Source: an uncultured virus (IMG/VR IMGVR_UViG_3300011906_000001)
Taxonomy: Duplodnaviria > Heunggongvirae > Uroviricota > Caudoviricetes
Virus record (IMG/VR): IMGVR_UViG_3300011906_000001
Location: 124,001-188,000 of that record
Reading direction: 5' to 3' (one strand)
Length of the DNA: 64,000 nucleotides
Of the stretch, positions 29,307-38,399 are shown piece by piece. Position 1 is the stretch's first letter. Every line of letters begins with the position of its first letter. Position numbers and translations under genes: made by a program. The notes below the pieces were generated by a model that was not told where the DNA came from, searched no databases, and was given only the letters and a program-made list of their open reading frames with translations.

Positions 29307-31481
29307 TTATGCGGCACTCATTAAATTCACCATACTACTTTGGGTAAACTTGTGGATCTTGCTTCGTCTAATGCGCTCTTCACGAGCCCCTTGAATCATC
29401 GCATCAATCCCTGCTGCGGTTTGATCTCCAAAGTCAACCCGTTTGGAAAGCTGCCTTAACTGCATCTCAAGGCGAGCAACCGCCATGGGATCTTTAGCAT
29501 TCCTAAGTTCAGATAGCATTTCATTAAAGCGTTCCCGATCTTGGTTGTTTCGTTGAGTGCGGTAAAATTCAACCTTACTCATCTCATCTTCTTTGATCAA
29601 GGCCCTGATGAAAATCGAGTTAGGCTTAACGCCATAGTACCCTTGGTTCTTAGCCCTGATACAGAACCAGTGAGCCAATAGCAGGGACACTACCATGTCA
29701 TCGTGTTTACCTGAACTGTGGTCAATGCGTCCATTCTTAATGACCAACGACAGCATCTCATCGGTAAGTTGTTTGTCATGGATGCGCTTAGCGCCATATT
29801 CCAACACTGACTTCAGCGAATCGCCATAGAGCGCGTCACGCGAATGAACCCCTGAACCTGCGGTGTTATACCCAAAGTGACGCTTGCACCGATCATAAAC
29901 GCTTGGATGGCGTGAATGAACGTTGGTTTGGGCTTCCCTGTATTCGGTTTTAAACTCATCAGGCGATTCAACGATTCGGTTGTAGATCCGTTTGAAAGGA
30001 TCAACCCCGGCTTTAACCAAATGAATGAAGATAATATCAAGCAATGCAATGCCTGAAGATTTACGTTCAATCATCAAAGTCACAGAGGGATAGCGAATCA
30101 GGAAGTTAGCAATGAACAGCCCCATGACAGGAATGCTGGTTTCATTATAGCGGCCAGTGGCAACAATATCATGCGTCTCAACATCGATCATCACAAAGCC
30201 TGTGGCATCACTGTTTTGACCCAATGCTTCACTCGGGTCAATCCCCAATACAAAGCGACCTTGCGCCATTCGGCTTGGAATCTCATGGCGATCAATGAAC
30301 CAACGGATGGCATAGCCTTCTGTGGTGATCTCGGTATAAAGCGGTTCTTTCTCCGAGTCTTTAATGCGTTTCTTATCTTCAGGCGTTAAGGGTGATCCAC
30401 CTGCCCCGACTGGCCAGATGTTCAGGTAATCCTTATCGGCGGCTTCTCCTGAGGAGGCCGATTCCTTAAGTTTTTGATAAAGCCATTCATCCGATCGTCC
30501 TAATTGGCGATGGTTGAAGGGGGCGTAGATCAGTGGTTTAAGCCCTGTTGAGTTCTTTTCAATCACCTTCTGAAGGGTTTTCTCATCTGGAAGGTCAAAG
30601 TAATGTTCCGTCCAAGGCGCCCCTCCCGTCATAAAGTCGTGGGCGTATTTGCCATCACGATCGTTCAGTGAGCCTGCCGTGGTTGTGAAGATGTTCCCAT
30701 AAGGCTGCCCTGCTGCTTTAGCTTCATCACGCGCCGCCGAACCCGAAGACAATGCAACAGGGGTTGAAATTTCAACCTGGTTAATGTATGCAAATTCATC
30801 GAAGTGCATAATAGGAACAGTCAAACCGCGACCCAGTTTATCGGCCCCTACGCGGTCATTGCGTCCTACGGCTGTTTTATACCGGTTCCCTAATCGGATA
30901 TTGGTCAGAAGCTCGGTGTTATCAGCATCCAAGGGATTGGCCCAATGGATGTAATCAGGGAGCAACGCCCGCATTTCCTTCAGGCGTTCAATGTTAGCGG
31001 CTCTTAGCTTATTGTCCTTAGTGATCAGATTGATGGTGGTGTTTTCCCCCCAGATATCCATCAAGCCGATCATCAAGGTATCTGTCGATACCGACTTACC
31101 CGTTTGTCGAGGTTGCAGCAGGCCAAAGTCAATATGGTTAAAGAATGACCAAAATAGAGCAATATTACCTCTATTGGCTTTAAAGGGAATTGGGACGGAA
31201 CCTGCGTTAGGGGGGATTCTGCAAATAGACCTGAAATAGTACCAGGGATTGTACTTGGCTTCAAGTGCAATCTTCATTTTAGTACCGTCATCCAAATTAG
31301 GATCGTACGGATCGATACCACTTAATTCAGGTTGAAGCAGTGCTAAAATAAATTCACAGTTTTCAACTCCCATCTTCTTATACAACTTAACAAGATTGAG
31401 GAAGGATTTATTAGGTGTGTTATAATCCACAATAGCCGTGGGGAATAGAGCCCAATCGTTTTTGAAAAGAATTGGCTTCAT
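29307..31481 (-). CDS. terL: Terminase large subunit (phiKZ gp25-like)
   Basis: Walker A QPRQTGKS, Walker B HFDE, nuclease motifs LGIDPS and HDDMV. Confidence 0.92.
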   Translation of the reverse strand: MKPILFKNDWALFPTAIVDYNTPNKSFLNLVKLYKKMGVENCEFILALLQPELSGIDPYDPNLDDGTKMKIALEAKYNPWYYFRSICRIPPNAGSVPIPFKANRGNIALFWSFFNHIDFGLLQPRQTGKSVSTDTLMIGLMDIWGENTTINLITKDNKLRAANIERLKEMRALLPDYIHWANPLDADNTELLTNIRLGNRYKTAVGRNDRVGADKLGRGLTVPIMHFDEFAYINQVEISTPVALSSGSAARDEAKAAGQPYGNIFTTTAGSLNDRDGKYAHDFMTGGAPWTEHYFDLPDEKTLQKVIEKNSTGLKPLIYAPFNHRQLGRSDEWLYQKLKESASSGEAADKDYLNIWPVGAGGSPLTPEDKKRIKDSEKEPLYTEITTEGYAIRWFIDRHEIPSRMAQGRFVLGIDPSEALGQNSDATGFVMIDVETHDIVATGRYNETSIPVMGLFIANFLIRYPSVTLMIERKSSGIALLDIIFIHLVKAGVDPFKRIYNRIVESPDEFKTEYREAQTNVHSRHPSVYDRCKRHFGYNTAGSGVHSRDALYGDSLKSVLEYGAKRIHDKQLTDEMLSLVIKNGRIDHSSGKHDDMVVSLLLAHWFCIRAKNQGYYGVKPNSIFIRALIKEDEMSKVEFYRTQRNNQDRERFNEMLSELRNAKDPMAVARLEMQLRQLSKRVDFGDQTAAGIDAMIQGAREERIRRSKIHKFTQSSMVNLMSAA

Positions 31482-31551
31482 AGGGTTTAAACCTAGAGAA
31501 ATAAAGGGTCTTCACAGAATAAAGGTAAAATCGCATGATTCCAAATAGTTT

Positions 31552-31565
31552 AAAGTCTATATACT
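31552..31565 (+). promoter_or_regulatory. Putative early promoter
   Basis: AAAGTCTATATACT at the head of the accessory island. Confidence 0.5.
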
Positions 31566-31619
31566 CCTGGTGTATGAACCCCTTTATTATCGTTGTTTAA
31601 CTCGTGCTGAGAGCTTAAA

Positions 31620-32051
31620 ATGAACCGTGAAGAGATCGTCCGTGTTTACAACGGTTTCCTGGATGTTACAGGGAGGAACAATGATGAGGTGGTGTTAGGT
31701 TTTGGTGGGGCTTTGGTCATGCATGGATTGCGTGACACCACTAATGACCTTGACCTGGATGTTACCTCTAGCCACTTCAACATGTGGAAGGGTCTGGGGT
31801 CTGTGGTTGAAACCACCCCTCTCGGTGAGCGTTTGATTCTAAACGACAGCATCGATTTACATGCCGGTATTCCCATCGCTGACTACATCACGGTCATTGA
31901 TGGCGTGGCCTGTTACAGTTTGGCGATGTTACTGGTGTGTTATATTAACTTCAGTAAGAACCCTAAGCGTAATCCTGCAAAGCTTGAGCCGGATGCCGAA
32001 GCGGTTAAAATGATTCTTGCGCGTATCAACGAAACACACCGGGTTAATTAA
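31620..32051 (+). CDS. Nucleotidyltransferase-fold protein
   Basis: LGFGGALVMHGLRDTTNDLDLDV (GG..DxD) plus a downstream IDLH. Confidence 0.7.
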   Translation: MNREEIVRVYNGFLDVTGRNNDEVVLGFGGALVMHGLRDTTNDLDLDVTSSHFNMWKGLGSVVETTPLGERLILNDSIDLHAGIPIADYITVIDGVACYSLAMLLVCYINFSKNPKRNPAKLEPDAEAVKMILARINETHRVN

Positions 32052-32116
32052 ACCCACACTTAACTCTACCCTCTCACACTGAGAGGGTATTTAAACCGCG
32101 TCCTAAGGAGGACATC

Positions 32117-32752
32117 ATGACTTACAAAGAACAACTGCGTGCCCTGCAAGAATCCCTGCTTGCTGAAGTACCTGACGCGCGAGTGGTTGCGACGTTAGGA
32201 TCGGCTCTGGTGGTTCATGGGTTTAAGGCTAGCGCATACCCCATGCGGCTGGATGTTAGCGGGAGTCTTTTCCAGCACCTGATCAAGAAGTATGACTGTT
32301 CTATTATCCAGAACAGTGGTGACAAGATCCTCCTGTTTAACGGTGCCTACATAACCGAAGGTACCTTCTCGGATATCGTTAGTGTTGATGCCATCAAGGT
32401 CTATAGCCTGGATGGCTTGCGGACACGGTACGAGGCGCAGAGCCGGGTGGGGAAGCTTGGTTCTATAGCGGCAGGTTATATCGCCGCGGATATCGCCGCG
32501 TTCCAAGCCGAGCAGGCTAAGCCCAAACCTGAGTCTGTAGTGACTGAGGTTAAAGGACCCACCTGGGGTGAGTTGGATGCTGAGGAGCTGGCATTCGAAG
32601 TCGAGTGCAAGAGCGCCGACTGGTACTACAGCTACAGCGACGATCTCAGTGTGTATCGTTGCGGTAAAGCCCAGTGTGAGCAGCTTGAGGCGGTAGCTCG
32701 TAACAAGGGTGGGAACTACGCCCTGATCTACAAGCACTACAGCAGCAAGTAG
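32117..32752 (+). CDS. Degenerate NTase-fold paralog fused to a C-terminal domain
   Basis: TLGSALVVHGFKASAYPMRLDV (first Asp lost); C-terminal DWYYSYSDD domain. Confidence 0.6.
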   Translation: MTYKEQLRALQESLLAEVPDARVVATLGSALVVHGFKASAYPMRLDVSGSLFQHLIKKYDCSIIQNSGDKILLFNGAYITEGTFSDIVSVDAIKVYSLDGLRTRYEAQSRVGKLGSIAAGYIAADIAAFQAEQAKPKPESVVTEVKGPTWGELDAEELAFEVECKSADWYYSYSDDLSVYRCGKAQCEQLEAVARNKGGNYALIYKHYSSK

Positions 32753-32757
32753 TGTAA

Positions 32758-32889
32758 ATGAAAGAGCTTGATGAGGCTCATATGGCCTTCAAAGAACGAG
32801 AAGCCAAACGCAATAAGGTAATCGATCAATTTATCAAGGGTGAACTCACAGCCGTTCAATACAGAACCGCGATAGACGCTTTGATTTAG
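32758..32889 (+). CDS. Small protein (43 aa, not in the ORF track)
   Basis: MKELDEAHMAFKEREAKRNKVIDQFIKGELTAVQYRTAIDALI fills the gap in the operon. Confidence 0.5.
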   Translation: MKELDEAHMAFKEREAKRNKVIDQFIKGELTAVQYRTAIDALI

Positions 32890-32900
32890 GAGAACCTTTT

Positions 32901-33227
32901 ATGTATGCCGAAGGACCTGAAAGCTTTATCCTCTACAACGGCCGAAAGCTGCTGATTGATGACCTCATCAAGGCCTGCGAGAGCCTTGAGGTTATGTGTA
33001 TGAGCACTTACTTTCTCTATCGTTTTGGCACCGGAGATAATAAGACCTTTGATCAAGCGCGAGTGGATCAGGCGGATTTAAACATTCCAGTCATCGTACT
33101 GACTACAGAGGTTGAAGTGTTGCTTCTAGATGGCATGCATCGGTTGGTAAAAGCAATCCAACAACATGAGAATACTATCAAGATTTACATGTTGGATAAA
33201 GAAACTGTTCTATCGCTGCTTAAATAA
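32901..33227 (+). CDS. ParB/Sulfiredoxin-like domain protein
   Basis: ADLNIPVIV...LLDGMHRLVKA. Confidence 0.75.
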   Translation: MYAEGPESFILYNGRKLLIDDLIKACESLEVMCMSTYFLYRFGTGDNKTFDQARVDQADLNIPVIVLTTEVEVLLLDGMHRLVKAIQQHENTIKIYMLDKETVLSLLK

Positions 33228-33278
33228 GGATTGATGAGTTGGCCTTAGTTGTATAAATAAACCTGCTTGGAGAATAGC

Positions 33279-33860
33279 ATGTCTGACAAAACAAACCGTG
33301 GCGTTAAAGCCTCTTCTGTTGTTGTGAACGCTGAAAGTCTGACACTGGATGATGACGGTACTATCAGTCTGTACTTCACTGAAGCATTGGCGCTCCCTGA
33401 ATACCCAGACCACCAAGCAATGTATGCTTGGGCAGAGCGGGCACTTGATCCGAGTCGAGATGGCGAAGCCAATGTTTCAATCGTACTGGATCTACCCGCT
33501 ATGGTTAAAGATCTGCTCGGTACCTGTCATGGTTCTGAAAACGTGCTGGGTGGCTTTACAGTTAAGACCACAGAACAGGTTGCACTGACTAAGGTCAAAG
33601 AGCAACTTCAACAAGCTCTTGCTCTGTTCGATCGAGTAACGTACAGCGATGTAGAAGTAACTGCTGAGATCCGATCTGATGTCTGTCACCCTGCTGTATA
33701 TGAGTATGGTGAGAGTATGGGGATCTTTGCACTCGATAAAAAATCAGCCACTGCTTACTGTGCAGAGCAGACTAAACTCACAGGTCGACTGCATGATTTT
33801 CATTTCGTAGGAGGTCGTGCGCATGTTAAGGCACTTCCCGCTAGCTGGAAACATAACTAA
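33279..33860 (+). CDS. Hypothetical protein
   Basis: GGAG RBS before MSDKT. Confidence 0.65.
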   Translation: MSDKTNRGVKASSVVVNAESLTLDDDGTISLYFTEALALPEYPDHQAMYAWAERALDPSRDGEANVSIVLDLPAMVKDLLGTCHGSENVLGGFTVKTTEQVALTKVKEQLQQALALFDRVTYSDVEVTAEIRSDVCHPAVYEYGESMGIFALDKKSATAYCAEQTKLTGRLHDFHFVGGRAHVKALPASWKHN

Positions 33861-33879
33861 ACCCATTTGGAGAAAAGCT

Positions 33880-34179
33880 ATGAACCTAGGCAAAAACATC
33901 CTCGAAGACATCACCCCTTTCATTGATGCAGTCATCGCTGACGCACTGGATCATCAGGATTGGCCGGATGATGCGGTCTTCAAAATCAGCTATCGGACTA
34001 AGAGCTGGCCAGAATATGCCATGGGCGATACCTATCACAAATACTTCCAGACGTTGGAAGACGTGAAGGCGTGGGAAGCGGATTACGCCAGCTGGTGTCG
34101 ATTAGGCGGTAACAGCATGGAGTACACCCTCTATGAATGGGACCTGGGGCCTAACCTCGTCAAGCACGACTGGCACTGA
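33880..34179 (+). CDS. Hypothetical protein
   Basis: GGAG RBS before MNLGK; terminator follows. Confidence 0.65.
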   Translation: MNLGKNILEDITPFIDAVIADALDHQDWPDDAVFKISYRTKSWPEYAMGDTYHKYFQTLEDVKAWEADYASWCRLGGNSMEYTLYEWDLGPNLVKHDWH

Positions 34180-34241
34180 TATAAATGCCTGCTCTTCGGA
34201 GCAGGCTTTATTCTTTTTTCTTTTCGTATTCTAAGTTTATT

Positions 34242-34255
34242 AAAACCTATATTAC
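34242..34255 (+). promoter_or_regulatory. Early promoter
   Basis: AAAACCTATATTAC. Confidence 0.7.
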
Positions 34256-34287
34256 TCAACCGAATCTTCTTAGCTTGGATAACTCAT

Positions 34288-34887
34288 ATGACAATTTCCC
34301 TCTTGCAACTAAAAGAAATCTTTAATCGGGAATTTCAAAATCATTGGATGCTTAATGATCCAGCTCACCGAGCCTCGCATTTTGAAGAAGTCTTTCAGTG
34401 TGGGGTTTTAATCAACGATAAGTTAAAGTTAGGGTTTGATCCTAAGCTCATTCTTTTCGCCGCTTACTTTCATGATCTCTTTGCTTGGAGTCGAGCGAAT
34501 CATCACATCCTTAGCAGTGAGTTTATATTAGATACATGCCATCCTGTCATTACTAAACATCTTGATGCTTGCGAAAGACAGTTGGTAGCTGCTGCGTGTC
34601 GTCAACATCGAGCGTCATTCATAGGGGATTTTGAAAATCAGTTCTGTGAATTGATCAATTCAGCAGATAGGGGATTGCCATCACCTGCTGAGGTTGCAAT
34701 AAGACGTGCCATTCAATACCGCACTCATCGTTCTCCTGAGTTGAGTGAAGATGAGGTTAAAGCATGTTCTATTGCGCATGTTAAAGAGAAGTTTGGAACG
34801 GGTGGGTATGCTCGTTATCCTGACCTCTATGAGTTGGCATTTGATGCTCAGTTGAGTCGCTACAGAAATCAGATTGACGCACTGTAA
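34288..34887 (+). CDS. HD-domain phosphohydrolase
   Basis: DPAHRASH..AAYFHDL..HH..QHRAS..SADRG. Confidence 0.85.
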   Translation: MTISLLQLKEIFNREFQNHWMLNDPAHRASHFEEVFQCGVLINDKLKLGFDPKLILFAAYFHDLFAWSRANHHILSSEFILDTCHPVITKHLDACERQLVAAACRQHRASFIGDFENQFCELINSADRGLPSPAEVAIRRAIQYRTHRSPELSEDEVKACSIAHVKEKFGTGGYARYPDLYELAFDAQLSRYRNQIDAL

Positions 34888-34898
34888 AGGATACACTT

Positions 34899-35153
34899 AT
34901 GACATACGAAGAAGCAGTTGAACTGTTGAGTAATGCGCATCGTTCTGAACTGGTGGATAAATTCTTCGGGGATAGGGAGGTGTACTTCACAACTCCTGAA
35001 GGCGAGAGTATCGCTGAAGGCTATGACGGTCACTCGAACACCAATATCGTTGTTAAGGGAACTGAGTTTACCGGAGATCAAGCATTGAACCTGATGAAAC
35101 TCGGTAAGCTTGTTGCTCGTGAACGTAACGACTCTCAAGTCGATGAAGAATAG
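34899..35153 (+). CDS. Hypothetical protein
   Basis: AAGGA RBS. Confidence 0.65.
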   Translation: MTYEEAVELLSNAHRSELVDKFFGDREVYFTTPEGESIAEGYDGHSNTNIVVKGTEFTGDQALNLMKLGKLVARERNDSQVDEE

Positions 35154-35233
35154 CTAGTAAATTTTAACTGGCTTGTCAAATGTTGTAATAAACCCTCCCA
35201 ATTGGGAGGTTTCTTTTCCTTAAAAGGATTAAG

Positions 35234-35653
35234 ATGACTATTTTGAAAATCGAAGTGTGTCATAAACACAAAACGCCGTTATCCAGACACGTCGCCTATA
35301 TGCCTAAGTATGTGGCTGAATGTCTACCTAAGGATAGACCCATCAATCTTATCTCTATTGGAGATACTGAATTATCGGACTTCTACTATGGACCTAAAAC
35401 CAATTTTCACTATGTATATTGCAACGTATGGCTTGGGATCATAGATACTGATTTGGAGAACATATTTAAATTCGTAGAACAGTGCAATGGCGAAAACGTT
35501 TATGTCCATTGCGAAATGGGTGTTCGGCGATCGCCTTGGGTGGCTAAGCACATTATGAAACGCTTTGGCTATATCCTAATGCGTTCATTTGAGCTTGAAG
35601 ATGGTTCAATACACGAGGTTGAACGCTACCAAACTCATTGTCAAGGTTTCTAA
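35234..35653 (+). CDS. Protein tyrosine/dual-specificity phosphatase-like protein
   Basis: VYVHCEMGVRRS matches the HCx5R catalytic loop. Confidence 0.8.
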   Translation: MTILKIEVCHKHKTPLSRHVAYMPKYVAECLPKDRPINLISIGDTELSDFYYGPKTNFHYVYCNVWLGIIDTDLENIFKFVEQCNGENVYVHCEMGVRRSPWVAKHIMKRFGYILMRSFELEDGSIHEVERYQTHCQGF

Positions 35654-35674
35654 TTAGGATACTGCAGTAAGCCA

Positions 35675-35962
35675 ATGAACAAAAACGATTTCACACGAGC
35701 GCCTAATGGTCGTTTTCTACCAGGGATTGCTCAGCGCGATGTGGATGCGTTAACACCCGAACATAAGGAGCGACTTCGGGAAGCAGCTAGAATGAGGGCC
35801 GATATGGATTATCGAGCCATCAGTATTAACGGTGTGGTTTATCCTAACCTCACCCGTGCATCAAAAGAACATCAGGTAGCTGCGGCTACCTTAAGACGTT
35901 ACGCCAAATCAGATAAAGCCATTTATAAACACGTTTTCTTCGTAGACCAACAGGAGTATTAA
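35675..35962 (+). CDS. NUMOD1-like DNA-binding protein
   Basis: ISINGVVYPNLTRASKEHQVAAATLRRY. Confidence 0.65.
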   Translation: MNKNDFTRAPNGRFLPGIAQRDVDALTPEHKERLREAARMRADMDYRAISINGVVYPNLTRASKEHQVAAATLRRYAKSDKAIYKHVFFVDQQEY

Positions 35963-35963
35963 C

Positions 35964-36176
35964 ATGGGTAGCAATCCTTATCTGGATCATTTGATCAACA
36001 CCCCAAACGAAGACATTGACCTCGATGCATTGCCTCAGTTTGATGAACGCAACGCAAGTGGGGAATTTGATGGCATGACCAATGATGAAATCATTCTGCG
36101 GTACGTGCAAGAAGCCATCGATGATCAAGAAAATGATGAGCTTCAAGAGATTTATGATGAAATGGATGATGATTAA
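35964..36176 (+). CDS. Very acidic small protein
   Basis: About 23 D/E against 2 R and no K in 70 aa; AGGAG RBS. Confidence 0.7.
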   Translation: MGSNPYLDHLINTPNEDIDLDALPQFDERNASGEFDGMTNDEIILRYVQEAIDDQENDELQEIYDEMDDD

Positions 36177-36239
36177 CCCTTCATTAACTCATTCGGGTTA
36201 CGCTCCATCACCAACATGCCGTAAATTAAAGGGGCTTCT

Positions 36240-36710
36240 ATGTGGTTTAAACTAAAGCAAGGGTTAATGCGTTGGCATATAAAACTGCTGAACGTTCCAT
36301 TCAATCTGCGCTTAATCGTTCTCAATTGGCGTTATGGTCGAGGTAACATCCCTCATGATAAATTACCACAGATCATCACAACCGCTGAGGATGAAGAAAT
36401 CTTTCACCTGATCATAAAAGCCTGCGGTTATCTCAAAACGATCCTGAGCCATTACAAAATCCCCATGGAGGATAGTATTACCGCAGGTGCGCTGTCGCGA
36501 TATATGCGAACAGAAAGTTTGGGGGAGGATGAACACCAAGTAATACATCATATCCTCATGCATGAGCATCCAGCATTGGAATTGCTCAAACTGGTGCAGC
36601 GTACAGGGGAGGTAAGCAAACAAAAACTCGATTTCTTTGGACCCCCGTCGTCCTTTGAATCGATGGAAGCCTGGGCCTTAAGTCTCGAATCACCTAACGT
36701 TAAAAGCTGA
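36240..36710 (+). CDS. Hypothetical protein
   Basis: ORF followed by a terminator. Confidence 0.6.
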   Translation: MWFKLKQGLMRWHIKLLNVPFNLRLIVLNWRYGRGNIPHDKLPQIITTAEDEEIFHLIIKACGYLKTILSHYKIPMEDSITAGALSRYMRTESLGEDEHQVIHHILMHEHPALELLKLVQRTGEVSKQKLDFFGPPSSFESMEAWALSLESPNVKS

Positions 36711-36760
36711 CATAATCCCCCTCCCTTAATTGGGAGGGGGATTATGCTTTTCTTTTTTAT

Positions 36761-38392
36761 TTAAGTGCGTTGTCTGATCGGTAATGCGGTGACGCCTAAT
36801 TGCAATACCGTATCATAATTCTCCCTTTCCCAATGGATGTAAAGGAGTTCTCCATCTTTAAGGTCATTATTAACAGTTAGTACATCAGCCCATTGACTGA
36901 TATTAAACCGATAGCTGTTATGACGGAATTGAAGAATGAAGTGCGTGGGTTCAGGGGCCCGTGGTTCAATTTCGTTATCGAACAGCGGTTCCAGTGGGTA
37001 GTACAACTTATTCAACCACTGTGCACTGGTGTTTACACCCATCTGTAGCCTAAGCTTCCAAATGTTGGTACTCATGTACTCAACATCAGCAAACAGGCCA
37101 CGCCCAAACCCATCGACCTGCTCTGGTGTTTGGTAAATCTCCCAGTTCACCTGAGAACCATCACCTGAATTAAGCAGTGCTAGACGGAACACCTGAACAT
37201 GACGATACGGAGCAAACCTACCATCGACTTTATTCAAGTCCAACGCCATCGTGAAGTTCTGAACCACACCATAGGCTTTAGGGTCAAAGGGATTGGAGTT
37301 AGACCCCAATTCCATATACGGTGTGACATTGTAGTACACCTGACGATCCAGGTTATACAACCAGTATTCCATCCGATAACCGGTAGCTGCATTGACCCAC
37401 AAGGGGAATGCAAAGATCTTAACCTCATAGGCGCCATCAGCTGTTACCGTGCGAGCAATGTAATCCATTGCCAGTCGACGGTTAGCTGTAGGCGTTAGGT
37501 TATAACTGATCTCATCCTCACCGAGATTATAGGTCAAAACCATTGGAAACTCTTGACCCACTTCCGTGGCGATGTAGTCCCTCAGGCCATTTAGGAAGAA
37601 CCGGTTATTGTCGATGGTCGAACGATACCGCGTGCCATCGCTGTAATACACCACAGCCGTAAGCGGTAGCGATTCAACCGTGACGTTAAGCGGGAATTCA
37701 ATGACCTGTTGATCGGCTGAACTGATGAACGGCGATTCCAAGGCAATGGCTTGGATGTACTTCTTAGAGGCATCAGCCTGACGAATGACATTGCTGTTGA
37801 CAATCACCAATTGGGCTTGAGAAACAGCCCCGCCTTGATCATCATAGGCCACAATTGTGACCAATTCACCATTGGGCATCCGCTCACTGGTATAGCCACC
37901 TGCCAGTGCCTTCTCAGCTTCACTGATGGGTTCAACTGGGACATCGGCACCTAAGAAGTTCCCAGCGGTGTCGAACATCGCTGAGATTACCTTGCCATGC
38001 GTCTGACTGATGTCAGCACCCCGGAAGACCTTATAATGATCGACCATGGTGCCATAGAACCGAAGCCTACGATCTGGCGACATGGCATGTGGGGTTACAC
38101 TGGTATCTAAGAACATCCGATAGGATTCAGAACTGTAACCAGGTCCCACCCCAATCAGTTTCCCATCAGCATCTTCTGGGTTGTTATCAGGAGGCGTCCA
38201 GGTTTCCAAGGTTGAATACCCGGTGCTGTAATCAACCTCCATCACCAAGAGAAACCCTTGGTCTTTATCAAAGACCAAATCGCCAGGGTTAGGGACCCAT
38301 TTACCTGTACTGTTAGGAGCGACGAGTTCAGAGCGAGCCCACTGACGGAACCCTCGCTCTGTGTCTCGATAAATAGAATCATCGTAAGCCAT
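36761..38392 (-). CDS. Virion structural protein (phiKZ gp26-like)
   Basis: Size and position in the terminase-gp26-27-28-sheath block. Confidence 0.75.
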   Translation of the reverse strand: MAYDDSIYRDTERGFRQWARSELVAPNSTGKWVPNPGDLVFDKDQGFLLVMEVDYSTGYSTLETWTPPDNNPEDADGKLIGVGPGYSSESYRMFLDTSVTPHAMSPDRRLRFYGTMVDHYKVFRGADISQTHGKVISAMFDTAGNFLGADVPVEPISEAEKALAGGYTSERMPNGELVTIVAYDDQGGAVSQAQLVIVNSNVIRQADASKKYIQAIALESPFISSADQQVIEFPLNVTVESLPLTAVVYYSDGTRYRSTIDNNRFFLNGLRDYIATEVGQEFPMVLTYNLGEDEISYNLTPTANRRLAMDYIARTVTADGAYEVKIFAFPLWVNAATGYRMEYWLYNLDRQVYYNVTPYMELGSNSNPFDPKAYGVVQNFTMALDLNKVDGRFAPYRHVQVFRLALLNSGDGSQVNWEIYQTPEQVDGFGRGLFADVEYMSTNIWKLRLQMGVNTSAQWLNKLYYPLEPLFDNEIEPRAPEPTHFILQFRHNSYRFNISQWADVLTVNNDLKDGELLYIHWERENYDTVLQLGVTALPIRQRT

Positions 38393-38399
38393 CAGGGCA

